A stretch of DNA of 64,000 nucleotides from Promethearchaeota archaeon (GCA_016840085.1 JAEOTA010000088.1:32001-96000); one strand, 5' to 3'; counted from the stretch's first letter, positions 8,381-18,612 are shown. Numbers and translations: made by a program. The notes: generated by a model from the sequence alone, not told the origin.

Positions 8381-9811
8381 AAAAAGATATAACGAATTCG
8401 ACTGGCTTTAAGCCATACTAAAACAGAAAATCCTTACTCAGACTAAATATAAATATGATTCAAAAGTACTAATTCATACAAATGATTTTATCGCAAAAAA
8501 TTAGGATTTTTCCAACCAAACAGCAAAAATCAGTATTATGGGATTTATCGGAGAAATGCAGATTGGTTTATAATTTTGCGTTAAAGGAAAGAAAAGAAAG
8601 ATGGAATGATAACAAAAATAAACCTAAAAACGAAAGGGTTTATATTACTTATAAAGATCAACAAAATCAATTACCTGAACTTAAGAAAAAATTCCCTGAA
8701 TATAAATGGGTTTATTCTAAAGTACTACAAGCAATATTAAAGAAATTGGATTCAAACTTCAAGTCTTTTTTTACATTGTGGAATAAGGGAGATAAGAAAG
8801 TTAGACCTCCAAAATTTAAAGGAAAGAAATATTTTTCTACCCTATGCTATAATCAATCAGGATTTAGGATTGAAAATAACAAGATCAATTTCTCTCACAA
8901 ACACCCGTCTAGAATTATTTTAGAGTTCACACTTCTTAAAAATTTAATACCTAAAGGAAAAATAAAACAAGTTGAGATCTATTTAAATAACCAAAAGTAT
9001 TGGTTTGTTTTAATAAATTACGAGATTAAAATCCCAAAATATACAGATAACGGATTATACCAAGCATTTGATTTAGGAGTTAATCAAACAGTTGGCGTTA
9101 ACATTTATAGTAAGGTATTTAAGTGTAAACATAAAAGAGCTGACCTCTATTGGAAAAAAAGAATAAGTGAAGTTGAATCCAAAAGAGATCATTGTAATAA
9201 ATTTAGTAATAAATGGAAGTGGTACAATGATAAGAGAAATAGAATGATTAAGAAAAGAACTAATCAACTAAAAGATCATCAGCATTGGTTATCAAAACAG
9301 ATAGTCGAAAATACAAAAGCTAATACTATTATCATAGGAGATTTGAATATTAAGCAAATGGCAAGGAAAAAAAAAGGAACAGGAAACAGAAGAAAGACAA
9401 AGGCTAACAAAACACTTAATCATTCGATTCATAATCTAGGTTATATGAGAAGATTTGTCCAATTCTTAACCTATAAAGCAGAATTATTAGGTAAAAGAGT
9501 AATAAGAATTGACGAATCTTACACAACTCAAACTTGCTGTAGATGTGGTAAAAAAACCAAGAGAAAGTTATCAGAAAGAATTATTTGTTGCGATTGTGGT
9601 AATCTAATTGATAGAGATTTGAACTCTGCTATCAATATAATGGGAAAGTTTCTGAACTCAAAAAAAAATTACGATTACCTATTGCAAGAACGCTCTGTGA
9701 ATGAGCAATCTTTTCTAAATTGTTGGAAAGGGTTTTCTACGATAAACAGCCTTATTAATGAGAATAATGGACTCGTAGGAAGCCATTGCCTTTAGGTGAT
9801 GTGCAATTCAC
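8381..9811 (+). mobile_element. IS200/IS605-family solo-TnpB (IS1341-like) element; left boundary approximate
   Basis: Left subterminal hairpin TGGCT-TTA-AGCCA (8403-8415); right hairpin CATTGCC-TTTA-GGTGATG (9784-9801) followed by TTCAC (9807-9811); no tnpA. Confidence 0.75.
8482..9795 (+). CDS. tnpB: TnpB RNA-guided endonuclease (IS605 OrfB)
   Basis: N-terminal KIRIFPT...CRLVYN, RPPKFK, RuvC-I FDLG, IIIGDL, IDESYTTQTCCRCG..CCDCG Zn finger, and RuvC-III DRDLNSAINI. Confidence 0.95.
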   Translation: MILSQKIRIFPTKQQKSVLWDLSEKCRLVYNFALKERKERWNDNKNKPKNERVYITYKDQQNQLPELKKKFPEYKWVYSKVLQAILKKLDSNFKSFFTLWNKGDKKVRPPKFKGKKYFSTLCYNQSGFRIENNKINFSHKHPSRIILEFTLLKNLIPKGKIKQVEIYLNNQKYWFVLINYEIKIPKYTDNGLYQAFDLGVNQTVGVNIYSKVFKCKHKRADLYWKKRISEVESKRDHCNKFSNKWKWYNDKRNRMIKKRTNQLKDHQHWLSKQIVENTKANTIIIGDLNIKQMARKKKGTGNRRKTKANKTLNHSIHNLGYMRRFVQFLTYKAELLGKRVIRIDESYTTQTCCRCGKKTKRKLSERIICCDCGNLIDRDLNSAINIMGKFLNSKKNYDYLLQERSVNEQSFLNCWKGFSTINSLINENNGLVGSHCL

Positions 9812-9831
9812 TTATTAACTTTAAAGTTTTG
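9650..9831 (+). ncRNA. Predicted TnpB omegaRNA/reRNA (scaffold overlapping the tnpB 3' end; guide from 9812); 5' end approximate
   Basis: Follows from established IS200/605 architecture and the right-end hairpin plus TCAC terminus. No expression evidence. Confidence 0.55.
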
Positions 9832-10053
9832 TCTTATCAAAAACTTAGTATATAATTAAGAAATTTTCAATATTAAAAATATTCCAAAATTAAAATAAGT
9901 CAAATACTTAATGTTCGTATTTCAATAATATATAGATTAACATAAGAATTTTGGAATAAAAATATTCAGAAGCGAGTATTCGTTTAAAGCAAAATTTTAT
10001 TCTATTAACTTTAAAGTTTTATATTATCTAGCACTTAATATTCATGTAAGAAA
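9813..10053 (+). repeat. Degenerate 51-bp direct repeat (9813-9863 / 10003-10053) with an exact first 18 bp containing the palindrome AACTTTAAAGTT
   Basis: Ungapped alignment gives 41/51 identity; tattaactttaaagtttt is exact at 9813-9830 and 10003-10020. Confidence 0.85.
10013..10024 (+). promoter_or_regulatory. Putative BRE/TATA of the AAA-VWA-SWIM operon
   Basis: AAAG-TTTTATAT about 70 bp upstream of the ATG at 10091. Weak evidence in such AT-rich DNA. Confidence 0.35.
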
Positions 10054-10090
10054 AACATCAAAATTCTCTACAAGTATTTGAGCCTTAAAT

Positions 10091-11032
10091 ATGATAGATA
10101 AACAAAAATTTGAGGAATTATTTAATCAACAATTTATCAAAGATATCTCTCAAGAAGATATAGATATCGTTCTTTCAGGCCAATATGGTAAAGCACTTGA
10201 ATTATTAAGGGATGCAGAGGCAACAGGTCTTTTTCCGGCTTTAGTTGGTCCACCAGGAGTTGGAAAAACAATTTTATGTCGATACTTTGCCAGTTTACGC
10301 GCCCGTGAGAGTAAATCAAAAAATTTTTATTGGCTTACTATGGATGAGAGTATTAAACCATCTCATTTTATCGGTTCATTTGATCCAGCAATTACTTTAA
10401 AGAAAGGTTTTATATTAGAAGCCTTTAATCCAGGACCTTTATTAAGTGCTATGTTAGAGGGAGGTACATTCTTAGCGAATGAGATTAATCGAGCCACAGA
10501 ATATTCACAAAATACATTGTTGGAGCCATTAGAAGAAGCTTCAATTGGAATTCCTCATTTAGGTAGGATTAAAGCTCAAGAGGATTTTTTCTTTATATGT
10601 GCGATGAACCCTGAGGAGTTATCAGGAACTCATCGCCTATCTGAAGCATTAAAGGATAGGATAAAAGTATGGATTAAATTAACTTATCCCGATAAATCAA
10701 CAGAACTGGATATAATACGAATAAATTTACCTGAACATTTCCATATCGAGGAATCTGAATTAGAGCTAATATATTCTGTTATAAAAGAAACAAGACAAAA
10801 TAAGATTGATGTTGACATTCCTGCTTCAATTAGGGCTGGAATTGCAATGGCTAAATTATTAGGAAGAAGACGACTTTTAGAAAAAGAAGAAAAAGTAAAA
10901 GAAAAAGAATCTATTTATATATATTTATCTGAAATAGCGAGACATGTATTATTAGGAAGTATAAAACCAAAACCAGGAGTGAAAGTTGAAAATGTCATAG
11001 AAAATATTATTCAAAAAACTTTGGGAGGGTAA
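10091..11032 (+). CDS. MoxR-like AAA+ ATPase (AAA_5 / CbbQ-GvpN-like)
   Basis: Walker A GPPGVGKT, PGPL, Walker B variant FLANEINR, AMNP, LSEALKDR. Confidence 0.9.
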   Translation: MIDKQKFEELFNQQFIKDISQEDIDIVLSGQYGKALELLRDAEATGLFPALVGPPGVGKTILCRYFASLRARESKSKNFYWLTMDESIKPSHFIGSFDPAITLKKGFILEAFNPGPLLSAMLEGGTFLANEINRATEYSQNTLLEPLEEASIGIPHLGRIKAQEDFFFICAMNPEELSGTHRLSEALKDRIKVWIKLTYPDKSTELDIIRINLPEHFHIEESELELIYSVIKETRQNKIDVDIPASIRAGIAMAKLLGRRRLLEKEEKVKEKESIYIYLSEIARHVLLGSIKPKPGVKVENVIENIIQKTLGG

Positions 11033-11036
11033 TTAT

Positions 11037-13526
11037 TTGGGAGTATTTCCTGAAAATCCATGTGAGTTTGCTGTTGAATTTATTCGAAAGATGAGAAACC
11101 ATCCAGACATAATTCAAATACCCTCATCACGTCAAGTATTATCAATTCCTAAATTAATTGTGTCGAGATATTACCGAAAGGGATCTGTAACACCAAGCGA
11201 CTTCATTGAGATTGGTAAGGTTACATCATTCCCAGATAATCAACAATTAGCACAAGAAATTGCTTTTGAGATTTTATTTCCTAATTATAAAAAGAATATA
11301 ATGAAATCATTTTTTGAAGGCACCGAATTCGATGAATTCGAAGAAGAATTAATACCTAGGGAGATAAAATCAGAATTAGATGAATTACAAGAATTAATAG
11401 ATGAAATTGAAGTTACAAAATCGATCGACACTGATTTTATAGAACAAATGGAACAATTTATGGATGAATTAAACCGGAAGAGAAATGAAGAACCATTTAA
11501 GTCTGCTCTTAATTTTTTTGATGATGATTCTGAATTATATAAAGAACAAATTACATCTTTAGAAGAATTATTAGAAGAAGCTAAAAATAGAATGCTCCAA
11601 AAAATTAATTCTTTAGATCCCAAAGACCTCAAAGCTGGTACTAACTTAGGGTTAAATAATCTAATTTTAGAACAATCTTTAAGAGAATGGGAAAAACTTA
11701 CAAGTAAAGCTTTAAATAATCAAAATATTGGGCCTGATTTAAATGAATTATTAAAATCAGGTAGTTTAGAAGATTTACTACAATCTATGAAATTCTTAAA
11801 AGACACCAACGCCATTTCTAAAGAACAATTAGAGGATCTGAGAAATAAACTTCAAAATAAAATAGATAATTTAGATCAATTATTTCAAGCGGCAAAACAT
11901 TTAGGAGAATCTCCTAATTTTAATCAAGATAAAGTATTGAGTAATTCTTTAAAAAATTCTTCATTTGAACATAACTTTAACTTAGCAAATTCCCTTGACC
12001 AATTTTTTGGTACTAACCTTAGAGCCTCATTATTAGAGAAATTTGATCAACAGATTAAAAATTCCCAAATGAATATTTCACTTGAAAGTTTAACTAAAAC
12101 GGCATTTGCTAATAAATCATGGAATTCTCTTTTTAATAACGCTCTTGAAAATGCTATTAATGAAGCCATGAGTCAAAGTAGAAAATCCGAAGCTTTCAAA
12201 ACTTTGACTCATCAAATGCAACAGTTAGCAAATAGTTGCCCAAATATGCATTGTGGTCAAAAAATGGCTCAAACTATTCCAAATTTACTTTCTCAAACTT
12301 TGGAGTCATGTGAAAATCCTTATCAGCTAAAAAATGCTGTCGAATTTTTAAGAAAACTTGGATTAAATCCAGACCTAGAAGATATAAAAAATTCTGGAAA
12401 AAAACTTGAAATGTCAGAGGAGGATATTTTTGAATTAATAGAACCGAATTATCAATTGCTAAAAAAATTAGTTGATAAAAAATCAGCTGATTTTCAACGT
12501 TTAAGTAATTTAATGAATCTACTTAAAGATCAATTAAACTATGAGAGAATTAAAGAACTAGTATCAAGTGCTTTAGCTTCAGATAATAGAGATGCTTTAG
12601 GTGCTTTAGGGAATTTTAATCTAAGTGATGCTTTAAGAGGTGCTCAACAAATTGGTGGTAAAGAAGCACAAGATAAGATGATTTCCTGTCTAACTGCAGG
12701 TAGTGGTGAAAATCTCCTTAAACAATGGTTTATCCACCGAAAAAGCTTACCAGAGAATGCAAAGCAGAAAGTAAAAGAATTAGCAAAAAAAGTTTTGATC
12801 GAGCTTGGGATCTATTACTCTCGCGCTCGTTTAGGTAGCTCCACAACAGGACCAATTCCTATTAATATAGTTAGACCCTACTCAATAGGAGATGATTTTG
12901 AAAATATTGATCTTGAAGAAACAATTTTTAATATCTTAGAGAAAGGAAAGAAATTAGAACATATAGAATATGATGATTTTTTCGTTTTTGAAACAGCTAA
13001 GGGTCTTAGAACTGCTTGTTTTGAATTGGATATTTCCGGAAGTATGTCTGGAGACAAACTGGCTTATATGGGGATCTGTGTAACAATGTTGTGCTATGGG
13101 ATGCGTAAAGATGAACTTGGAATCACTTTCTTTGAATCGGACACTCATGTTTTAAAATCTTTAGATGAAAAAGTAGATTTAGATAAATTAGCAGATGAGC
13201 TCCTTTCTGTTTCTGCTCGAGGTGGTACAAGAATACAAAGTGCCGTTGAATGGGCAAATAAGCAATTTAAAGAGCATTCAAATTCGCGTGAAAAATTAAA
13301 TGTATTATTTACTGATGCTGAAATTTTCGATCTTAAAGAAGCTATGACAGAATTTAGAAAAATGCGTTCGTTAGGCGTAGATTTCATCTTAATTTGTCCT
13401 GAATCTTCTTATAATTTAAAAGAGGCTAAAAAAATGGTAAAAGTTGCTGGAGGACAACTTTTAACAATTAAAGATTGGAATGAGTTTCCCAAATTAATTT
13501 CAGAGATAATAAAATCAAGATTCTAA
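11037..13526 (+). CDS. Large helical protein with a C-terminal VWA domain
   Basis: MIDAS LDISGSM, GGT, and LFTD; directly downstream of the AAA gene. Confidence 0.88.
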   Translation: MGVFPENPCEFAVEFIRKMRNHPDIIQIPSSRQVLSIPKLIVSRYYRKGSVTPSDFIEIGKVTSFPDNQQLAQEIAFEILFPNYKKNIMKSFFEGTEFDEFEEELIPREIKSELDELQELIDEIEVTKSIDTDFIEQMEQFMDELNRKRNEEPFKSALNFFDDDSELYKEQITSLEELLEEAKNRMLQKINSLDPKDLKAGTNLGLNNLILEQSLREWEKLTSKALNNQNIGPDLNELLKSGSLEDLLQSMKFLKDTNAISKEQLEDLRNKLQNKIDNLDQLFQAAKHLGESPNFNQDKVLSNSLKNSSFEHNFNLANSLDQFFGTNLRASLLEKFDQQIKNSQMNISLESLTKTAFANKSWNSLFNNALENAINEAMSQSRKSEAFKTLTHQMQQLANSCPNMHCGQKMAQTIPNLLSQTLESCENPYQLKNAVEFLRKLGLNPDLEDIKNSGKKLEMSEEDIFELIEPNYQLLKKLVDKKSADFQRLSNLMNLLKDQLNYERIKELVSSALASDNRDALGALGNFNLSDALRGAQQIGGKEAQDKMISCLTAGSGENLLKQWFIHRKSLPENAKQKVKELAKKVLIELGIYYSRARLGSSTTGPIPINIVRPYSIGDDFENIDLEETIFNILEKGKKLEHIEYDDFFVFETAKGLRTACFELDISGSMSGDKLAYMGICVTMLCYGMRKDELGITFFESDTHVLKSLDEKVDLDKLADELLSVSARGGTRIQSAVEWANKQFKEHSNSREKLNVLFTDAEIFDLKEAMTEFRKMRSLGVDFILICPESSYNLKEAKKMVKVAGGQLLTIKDWNEFPKLISEIIKSRF

Positions 13527-13534
13527 ATGTTAAG

Positions 13535-15883
13535 ATGACAAATAAATCAATATCAAGTCTAATAATAGATAAGTTCGGTTTAAACCTTTACCAAAAAAGT
13601 CTTAAATTCCTAAGTAATAAAATAAATATTTTCTATTTACGAGAAGAACCAATAAAAATTAGAAGTGTTATTTTAGATAATGAACGTGAATATCATCTTA
13701 TAATTGATGAAATGAAATCTGAAATATATCATGACTGCCCATCTTTTTTGATTCATTCTGAAAGAGAAAGGAAAATTTGTGTTCATCTTATTAAACTTTT
13801 TTTAATCATCAAAAACCAACTCTCTCAAAAAATCTTAGAAAATTTAAATACTTATAATTTTACTTCAGAAGATTTAGTTTCAAAAAAAAAAAGCAAAAAC
13901 TTTTTGTTATTAGCTAATAATTGCTTTGAAAGCGAAAATTATGTTGAAGCACTGAGTTATTTAAATAAAGCGATTATTAACCAATATGATAAAGAGCCTA
14001 TTATTGAAACTTATTTCAAAACAGCAATAGAAAACAATTTATTCATTGAATTCTTTGACTTTTTAAAATATGGATATGAAAATGAGTTAGGAGATTATTT
14101 TATTAAAAATATTGAGTTTGTAGAAAAAGGTTTTAAAAAATTTTTAAACATTATTCCACAATATTCTTTCTATAATTTACTTAATATAATTGAATCTATT
14201 GATATAATTTTTAATTTCATTGATATATCTTTTATAGCTTCAGATATAAATAATATAAAAAAATTAGTTAATAGCACCAATTTTAATGATAATTACTTCT
14301 CAATTTATTTGGTAAAAAAAAATTATGATAGACTTGTTGAAACAAATCCAAACTTCAAGGATATAATCAATCAGAATAAATTAGATTCGTTAAAACATGA
14401 AATTTTGAATTATTTTTTTTCTGAAATTGATAACTTTTGCATAATTAACAAATTAAAATTGTTAAAAAAACAGTTCAAAGTAATAGATATTCCAAAAGAA
14501 AAATTTTATATTAAATATAAAAAATACAAGATAGAAATAAAAGAACTTGAAAGAAAAGTATATTTGAAAAAATTTTCGTTTTTAAAATTTTTAATAGAAA
14601 AATATAATGTAATTAGAACTAAAGGGGAATTCAGAAAAAAAAGGAATGCGTATATTGTTAAACATAATACAGATAATATAAAAAATCCCGTTTATCACTA
14701 TATAATTTCTCGTGTTGGCTTTTTTGGATTAAATGAGCAAACAATTAAATCATCTGAAATCGGTATTAATTACTTTATTATGAAAGAATTATTTTTAGAT
14801 GATTTGAGTTCCTTTCAGGATGTTGACTATTATAGAAAACAATTCTGGGGAGAAAATGAGTATGATATAAGATCAATTAATGGTTTTTCTTTGTTAAGTA
14901 AAAATATAGAGTATAGTTATAAAGGAGAACAAAAATATTCAGATGATGTAATGCTTATTGAATGGGATCTAGCAAGTAAACCCATTCAAGGAAGTATTGT
15001 GAATGCTTATGGCTCTCAAATTATAATTCCAGATCAAAACAATCCGTTATTTCATGATTTAAAACCTTTTGATCTCTGTTATTGTAAAAAAACTCCTGTA
15101 AAAATAGAGAGTATTATCAAAACAATTAATATAATTACAAAGTGCTCATTTAAAGATGCAATTAAAAGTATTTCTAAACGAATGGCTTTTATAGAAGGAT
15201 ATTATCCATTATCACTTATAAAAGCAGTTTTAAACAAAGAAATAAATCCTTTTCAAGCAAATGAAATAGTAATAACTAATCCAAACAAATTATTTATACC
15301 AAATTACTCTCACTTTATTAAAGCTTTTAAAAAATTCTTATTTGATTTTATATTTAAACAGAAAGATTATATTTTTCAACAATTAAAATCAGAACCTAAA
15401 GAGAGATCACATCAAATCCTTACATTATTGGATTTGAGGAATGAATTAAGTGGAATAGATTTGCCATACTTAGAAATTATGAAAGATATACTTCACTCTA
15501 ATATTAATTTAAAAGATTTTAAAATAAGATTTTTGAATGAAATACACTTATATATAAAGGAATTGTTGAACAAACGAGATATTGGGACCACAATAATGTT
15601 TGATTTGAAAAAATTACGAAATACCTCTTTTTCAAAATATTCCAATCAAATCTTAAATATTAGGAAAGAAGAATTTGAATCATCTAAGATCTATAAATCT
15701 CAGAATAAAAATGAAATTAATTATAATATTTCAGAAATAAATAGAACCTATTATGGTAGTAAGTTTTTAAATATCTTAGATTTAGAAGATCGATTCACTC
15801 TTAAACCAGAAAAATTTAAAAAGTTCTCTGATTTTTCTTTAAAGTTAAATCTAAAATTAAATATTGTAGACTCCTTTAATTGA
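13535..15883 (+). CDS. SWIM-type Zn-finger protein
   Basis: N-terminal HDCPSF...ICVH followed by a TPR-like helical stretch. Confidence 0.7.
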   Translation: MTNKSISSLIIDKFGLNLYQKSLKFLSNKINIFYLREEPIKIRSVILDNEREYHLIIDEMKSEIYHDCPSFLIHSERERKICVHLIKLFLIIKNQLSQKILENLNTYNFTSEDLVSKKKSKNFLLLANNCFESENYVEALSYLNKAIINQYDKEPIIETYFKTAIENNLFIEFFDFLKYGYENELGDYFIKNIEFVEKGFKKFLNIIPQYSFYNLLNIIESIDIIFNFIDISFIASDINNIKKLVNSTNFNDNYFSIYLVKKNYDRLVETNPNFKDIINQNKLDSLKHEILNYFFSEIDNFCIINKLKLLKKQFKVIDIPKEKFYIKYKKYKIEIKELERKVYLKKFSFLKFLIEKYNVIRTKGEFRKKRNAYIVKHNTDNIKNPVYHYIISRVGFFGLNEQTIKSSEIGINYFIMKELFLDDLSSFQDVDYYRKQFWGENEYDIRSINGFSLLSKNIEYSYKGEQKYSDDVMLIEWDLASKPIQGSIVNAYGSQIIIPDQNNPLFHDLKPFDLCYCKKTPVKIESIIKTINIITKCSFKDAIKSISKRMAFIEGYYPLSLIKAVLNKEINPFQANEIVITNPNKLFIPNYSHFIKAFKKFLFDFIFKQKDYIFQQLKSEPKERSHQILTLLDLRNELSGIDLPYLEIMKDILHSNINLKDFKIRFLNEIHLYIKELLNKRDIGTTIMFDLKKLRNTSFSKYSNQILNIRKEEFESSKIYKSQNKNEINYNISEINRTYYGSKFLNILDLEDRFTLKPEKFKKFSDFSLKLNLKLNIVDSFN

Positions 15884-15892
15884 GCAATAATA

Positions 15893-17083
15893 TTATGTAT
15901 CAAATTGTAATTTGCCGTATATTGCATCATGACCTGGGATAAACCAGAATTTTCCTCTTCTTATTTTACAAATAGCATCAATTAGCTCTTCAGGAATTCC
16001 ATTAAAATTGCTTTTTCCTTCCCAAATATTAAATTCACCTCCATTATTAGTAGTTAAATCTTGATATATAGAAAGATTTTTTTTACTATATTCAGTTCCT
16101 CCTAAAATAACTGTAATTAAATGTAATAGTGGAACAATATATTGAAAATTAAGTGATGTAGGTTTTTTTTGATCCCTTAATTCATAAACTCTAGATAAAA
16201 CCCCTTTTGTTAGTTTTTTACCACAATAGGGGCAATTTATAACATTAAGCTTAGGGCTACAAAAGTAATCTTCACCATGCAAATGTCGATCTTCTCTATG
16301 TCCATCATAGTAATACTTACCTGCTGAAGGTTTAAATTCATATGTCTTAATAATTCTGTTTTTTCTAATAGAGTCAATTAAATTTCTATAGTTTAAATTG
16401 TTTAACTTCAATATTGTAGCCTCTCTACCTAATCTATGATAATTTGTAGAATGACTGTCTGAGTTAGAAATAATTGAAATATTATCTAAATCTGAAATAC
16501 CCCTTATCATTAGCGGATCTGCACTTAATCCAGTTTCTACAGCGTTAATATATTTTGTTGCGTCTCCTAATGCTTCTCTTAAATTATTAAATTGTAAGGT
16601 ATCCCCAAATATACCAAAATAAGGTGTGAATATATGAGCTGGTATTATTTCAATATCATTATCAATCGATTTTAATCCAAAAATAATTTTTTCAGGTGAA
16701 TTGTATAATTTAGCCCTTCCATCTTTTCTTAAATTGCCAAATTTTGATAAATATTCCACGGAATCTTCTAATTTTTCAAAGTTAGGGAAAAAGAGGATGA
16801 AATGGACTTTTTTCGTATTAGATTTGTAATTCCAAATGGCTTCAATTTCAGTTTGTAATACAAAATTTACATTTGGTACTTTTGGACTATAAAATATTCC
16901 ATCTGAATATTCAAGTAACTCGTTCTTTAATTCATTTAACCAAATAGGATGGATACAATCCCCTGTAGCTACTATATCTATCTCTTTTTTCTCACAATTA
17001 AATGCGATTTTAAAAATATCTATATTTTTGCTTGCTCCTCCAGAATACTTACTATGTAAATGAAGATCACATATTTTGTGCAT
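15893..17083 (-). CDS. Endonuclease Q family PHP-domain protein
   Basis: DLHLHSKYS, PAHIFTP, ETGLSAD, SNSDSHS...RLGRE, GKYY.DGHR and CPYCG..GV..RV.EL. Confidence 0.88.
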   Translation of the reverse strand: MHKICDLHLHSKYSGGASKNIDIFKIAFNCEKKEIDIVATGDCIHPIWLNELKNELLEYSDGIFYSPKVPNVNFVLQTEIEAIWNYKSNTKKVHFILFFPNFEKLEDSVEYLSKFGNLRKDGRAKLYNSPEKIIFGLKSIDNDIEIIPAHIFTPYFGIFGDTLQFNNLREALGDATKYINAVETGLSADPLMIRGISDLDNISIISNSDSHSTNYHRLGREATILKLNNLNYRNLIDSIRKNRIIKTYEFKPSAGKYYYDGHREDRHLHGEDYFCSPKLNVINCPYCGKKLTKGVLSRVYELRDQKKPTSLNFQYIVPLLHLITVILGGTEYSKKNLSIYQDLTTNNGGEFNIWEGKSNFNGIPEELIDAICKIRRGKFWFIPGHDAIYGKLQFDT

Positions 17084-17331
17084 TTTAATTTAATCAGTTT
17101 TGTTAAAACTTGTAAAAAAATTAAGTACAAAATATTTAAAATCCTCTATAATTGTTAGACTGATATAAATTTGAAGAAAAAACTTTGTTTTTATATTCAT
17201 TATCGCAAATAAATAAAGAAATTTTATGAAGCTGGACTTTTTAATAACAATATTTTTTTATTCTGGTTATATTTTATTTTAAATAGGATCTATAACTTTA
17301 TTTAAAAAAAAGGTAATTAAATGGTCAAGAC

Positions 17332-18612
17332 ATGAAAAATAATACGTTCCAGCATCCCTCAAAAGATATTGTTGAAAGTAAAGGAACCATTTTAAGAGGT
17401 AAAACAATATGTTTATGTTTAACTGGTTCCGTAGCGGTTATTTCTTCTCCAATTGTAGCTCGAGAACTTATGAGGTTAGGTGCTGAAGTAATTTGTGTTA
17501 TGTCCAAAGCAGCTACTAAGTTAATAAATCCCGCATTAATGGAATGGGCAACAGGAAATAAAGTAATAACTAAATTAACTGGAGCTGTAGAGCATGTTTA
17601 TCTAGCGGGAGAAAGACCTAGAAGTGTTGGAAAGGCTGATTTAATTTTAATATGTCCTGCTACCGCAAATACAATTTCTAAAATTGCATGTGGAATTGAT
17701 GATACCTCTGTTACAACTGTTGTATCAACGGCATTTGGATCGTCTATACCTATAGTTATTATACCTGCAATGCATGAGAGCATGTATAGGCATCCTATTT
17801 TAGAGAACAATGAAACAAAATTACGGGAATGTGGAATCGAAGTCTTAGGACCTAGAATTTCAGAGGGAAAAGCTAAAATTGCTAGAGTTGATGATATAAT
17901 TGATAGAGTTATAGATTTACTAATTTCTGAGAAAGATTTAGAGGGTAAGAAAATTCTTATTACAGCAGGACCCACAAGAGAAGCAATAGATTCTGTTAGA
18001 TTTGTCTCAAATAAGTCATCAGGAAAAATGGGAATAGAATTAGCAAAAGAAGCTTCTGCCAGAGGAGCTGATGTATTGTTAATTGCCGGAGAATGCATGA
18101 CAAAACTTCCAGATTATATAAACATTAAACACGTTGTATCTACTGATGATTTTATAAAAGCTGTTAAAGAGGAAATCTCGTATAAGAATTATGATTTTTT
18201 CATTTCAGCTGCAGCGGTAAGTGATTATAAACCTATTGAATGTATTGAGGGAAAAATATCCTCTGACAATGTAGAGGAATTACATCTTGATATGAAATTA
18301 ACTCCAAAAATAATTAATGTTGCTAGAAAAAAGGATTACAATTTGTTTATTGTTGCATTTAAGGCAGAAACAAATGTTTCTAAAAGTGAGTTAATTGAAC
18401 GGGCGTACAACAGGCTTGTTAAATCTGAAGCAGATTTAATTGTAGCAAATGATATTGGTAGAGAAGATATAGGATTTAGTAGTAAATATAATGAAGTATT
18501 CATTATAGATAAAAAAAGACATATTACTCATGTTGAGAGAAATACAAAAAGATTTATAGCATCTAAAATACTTGATGTAACTTTAGAATCTTTTAAAAAA
18601 AGCAACCTTTAG
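17332..18612 (+). CDS. coaBC: Bifunctional phosphopantothenoylcysteine decarboxylase/synthetase
   Basis: TGSVA, PATANTISK, PAMH, TAGPTRE.ID.VRF.SNKSSGKMG, AAVSDY, FKAET. Confidence 0.96.
   Translation: MKNNTFQHPSKDIVESKGTILRGKTICLCLTGSVAVISSPIVARELMRLGAEVICVMSKAATKLINPALMEWATGNKVITKLTGAVEHVYLAGERPRSVGKADLILICPATANTISKIACGIDDTSVTTVVSTAFGSSIPIVIIPAMHESMYRHPILENNETKLRECGIEVLGPRISEGKAKIARVDDIIDRVIDLLISEKDLEGKKILITAGPTREAIDSVRFVSNKSSGKMGIELAKEASARGADVLLIAGECMTKLPDYINIKHVVSTDDFIKAVKEEISYKNYDFFISAAAVSDYKPIECIEGKISSDNVEELHLDMKLTPKIINVARKKDYNLFIVAFKAETNVSKSELIERAYNRLVKSEADLIVANDIGREDIGFSSKYNEVFIIDKKRHITHVERNTKRFIASKILDVTLESFKKSNL

Noticed and set aside
8482-9795. Calling the TnpB a nuclease-dead TldR or a Cas12
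   Set aside because: Both catalytic Asp residues and an alternative Glu are present, IS ends are retained, and there is no CRISPR array.
9813-10053. Repeat pair as a CRISPR mini-array or IS target-site duplication
   Set aside because: There are only two copies 190 bp apart and no cas genes. Both copies lie on the same side of the IS, and IS200/605 elements make no TSD.
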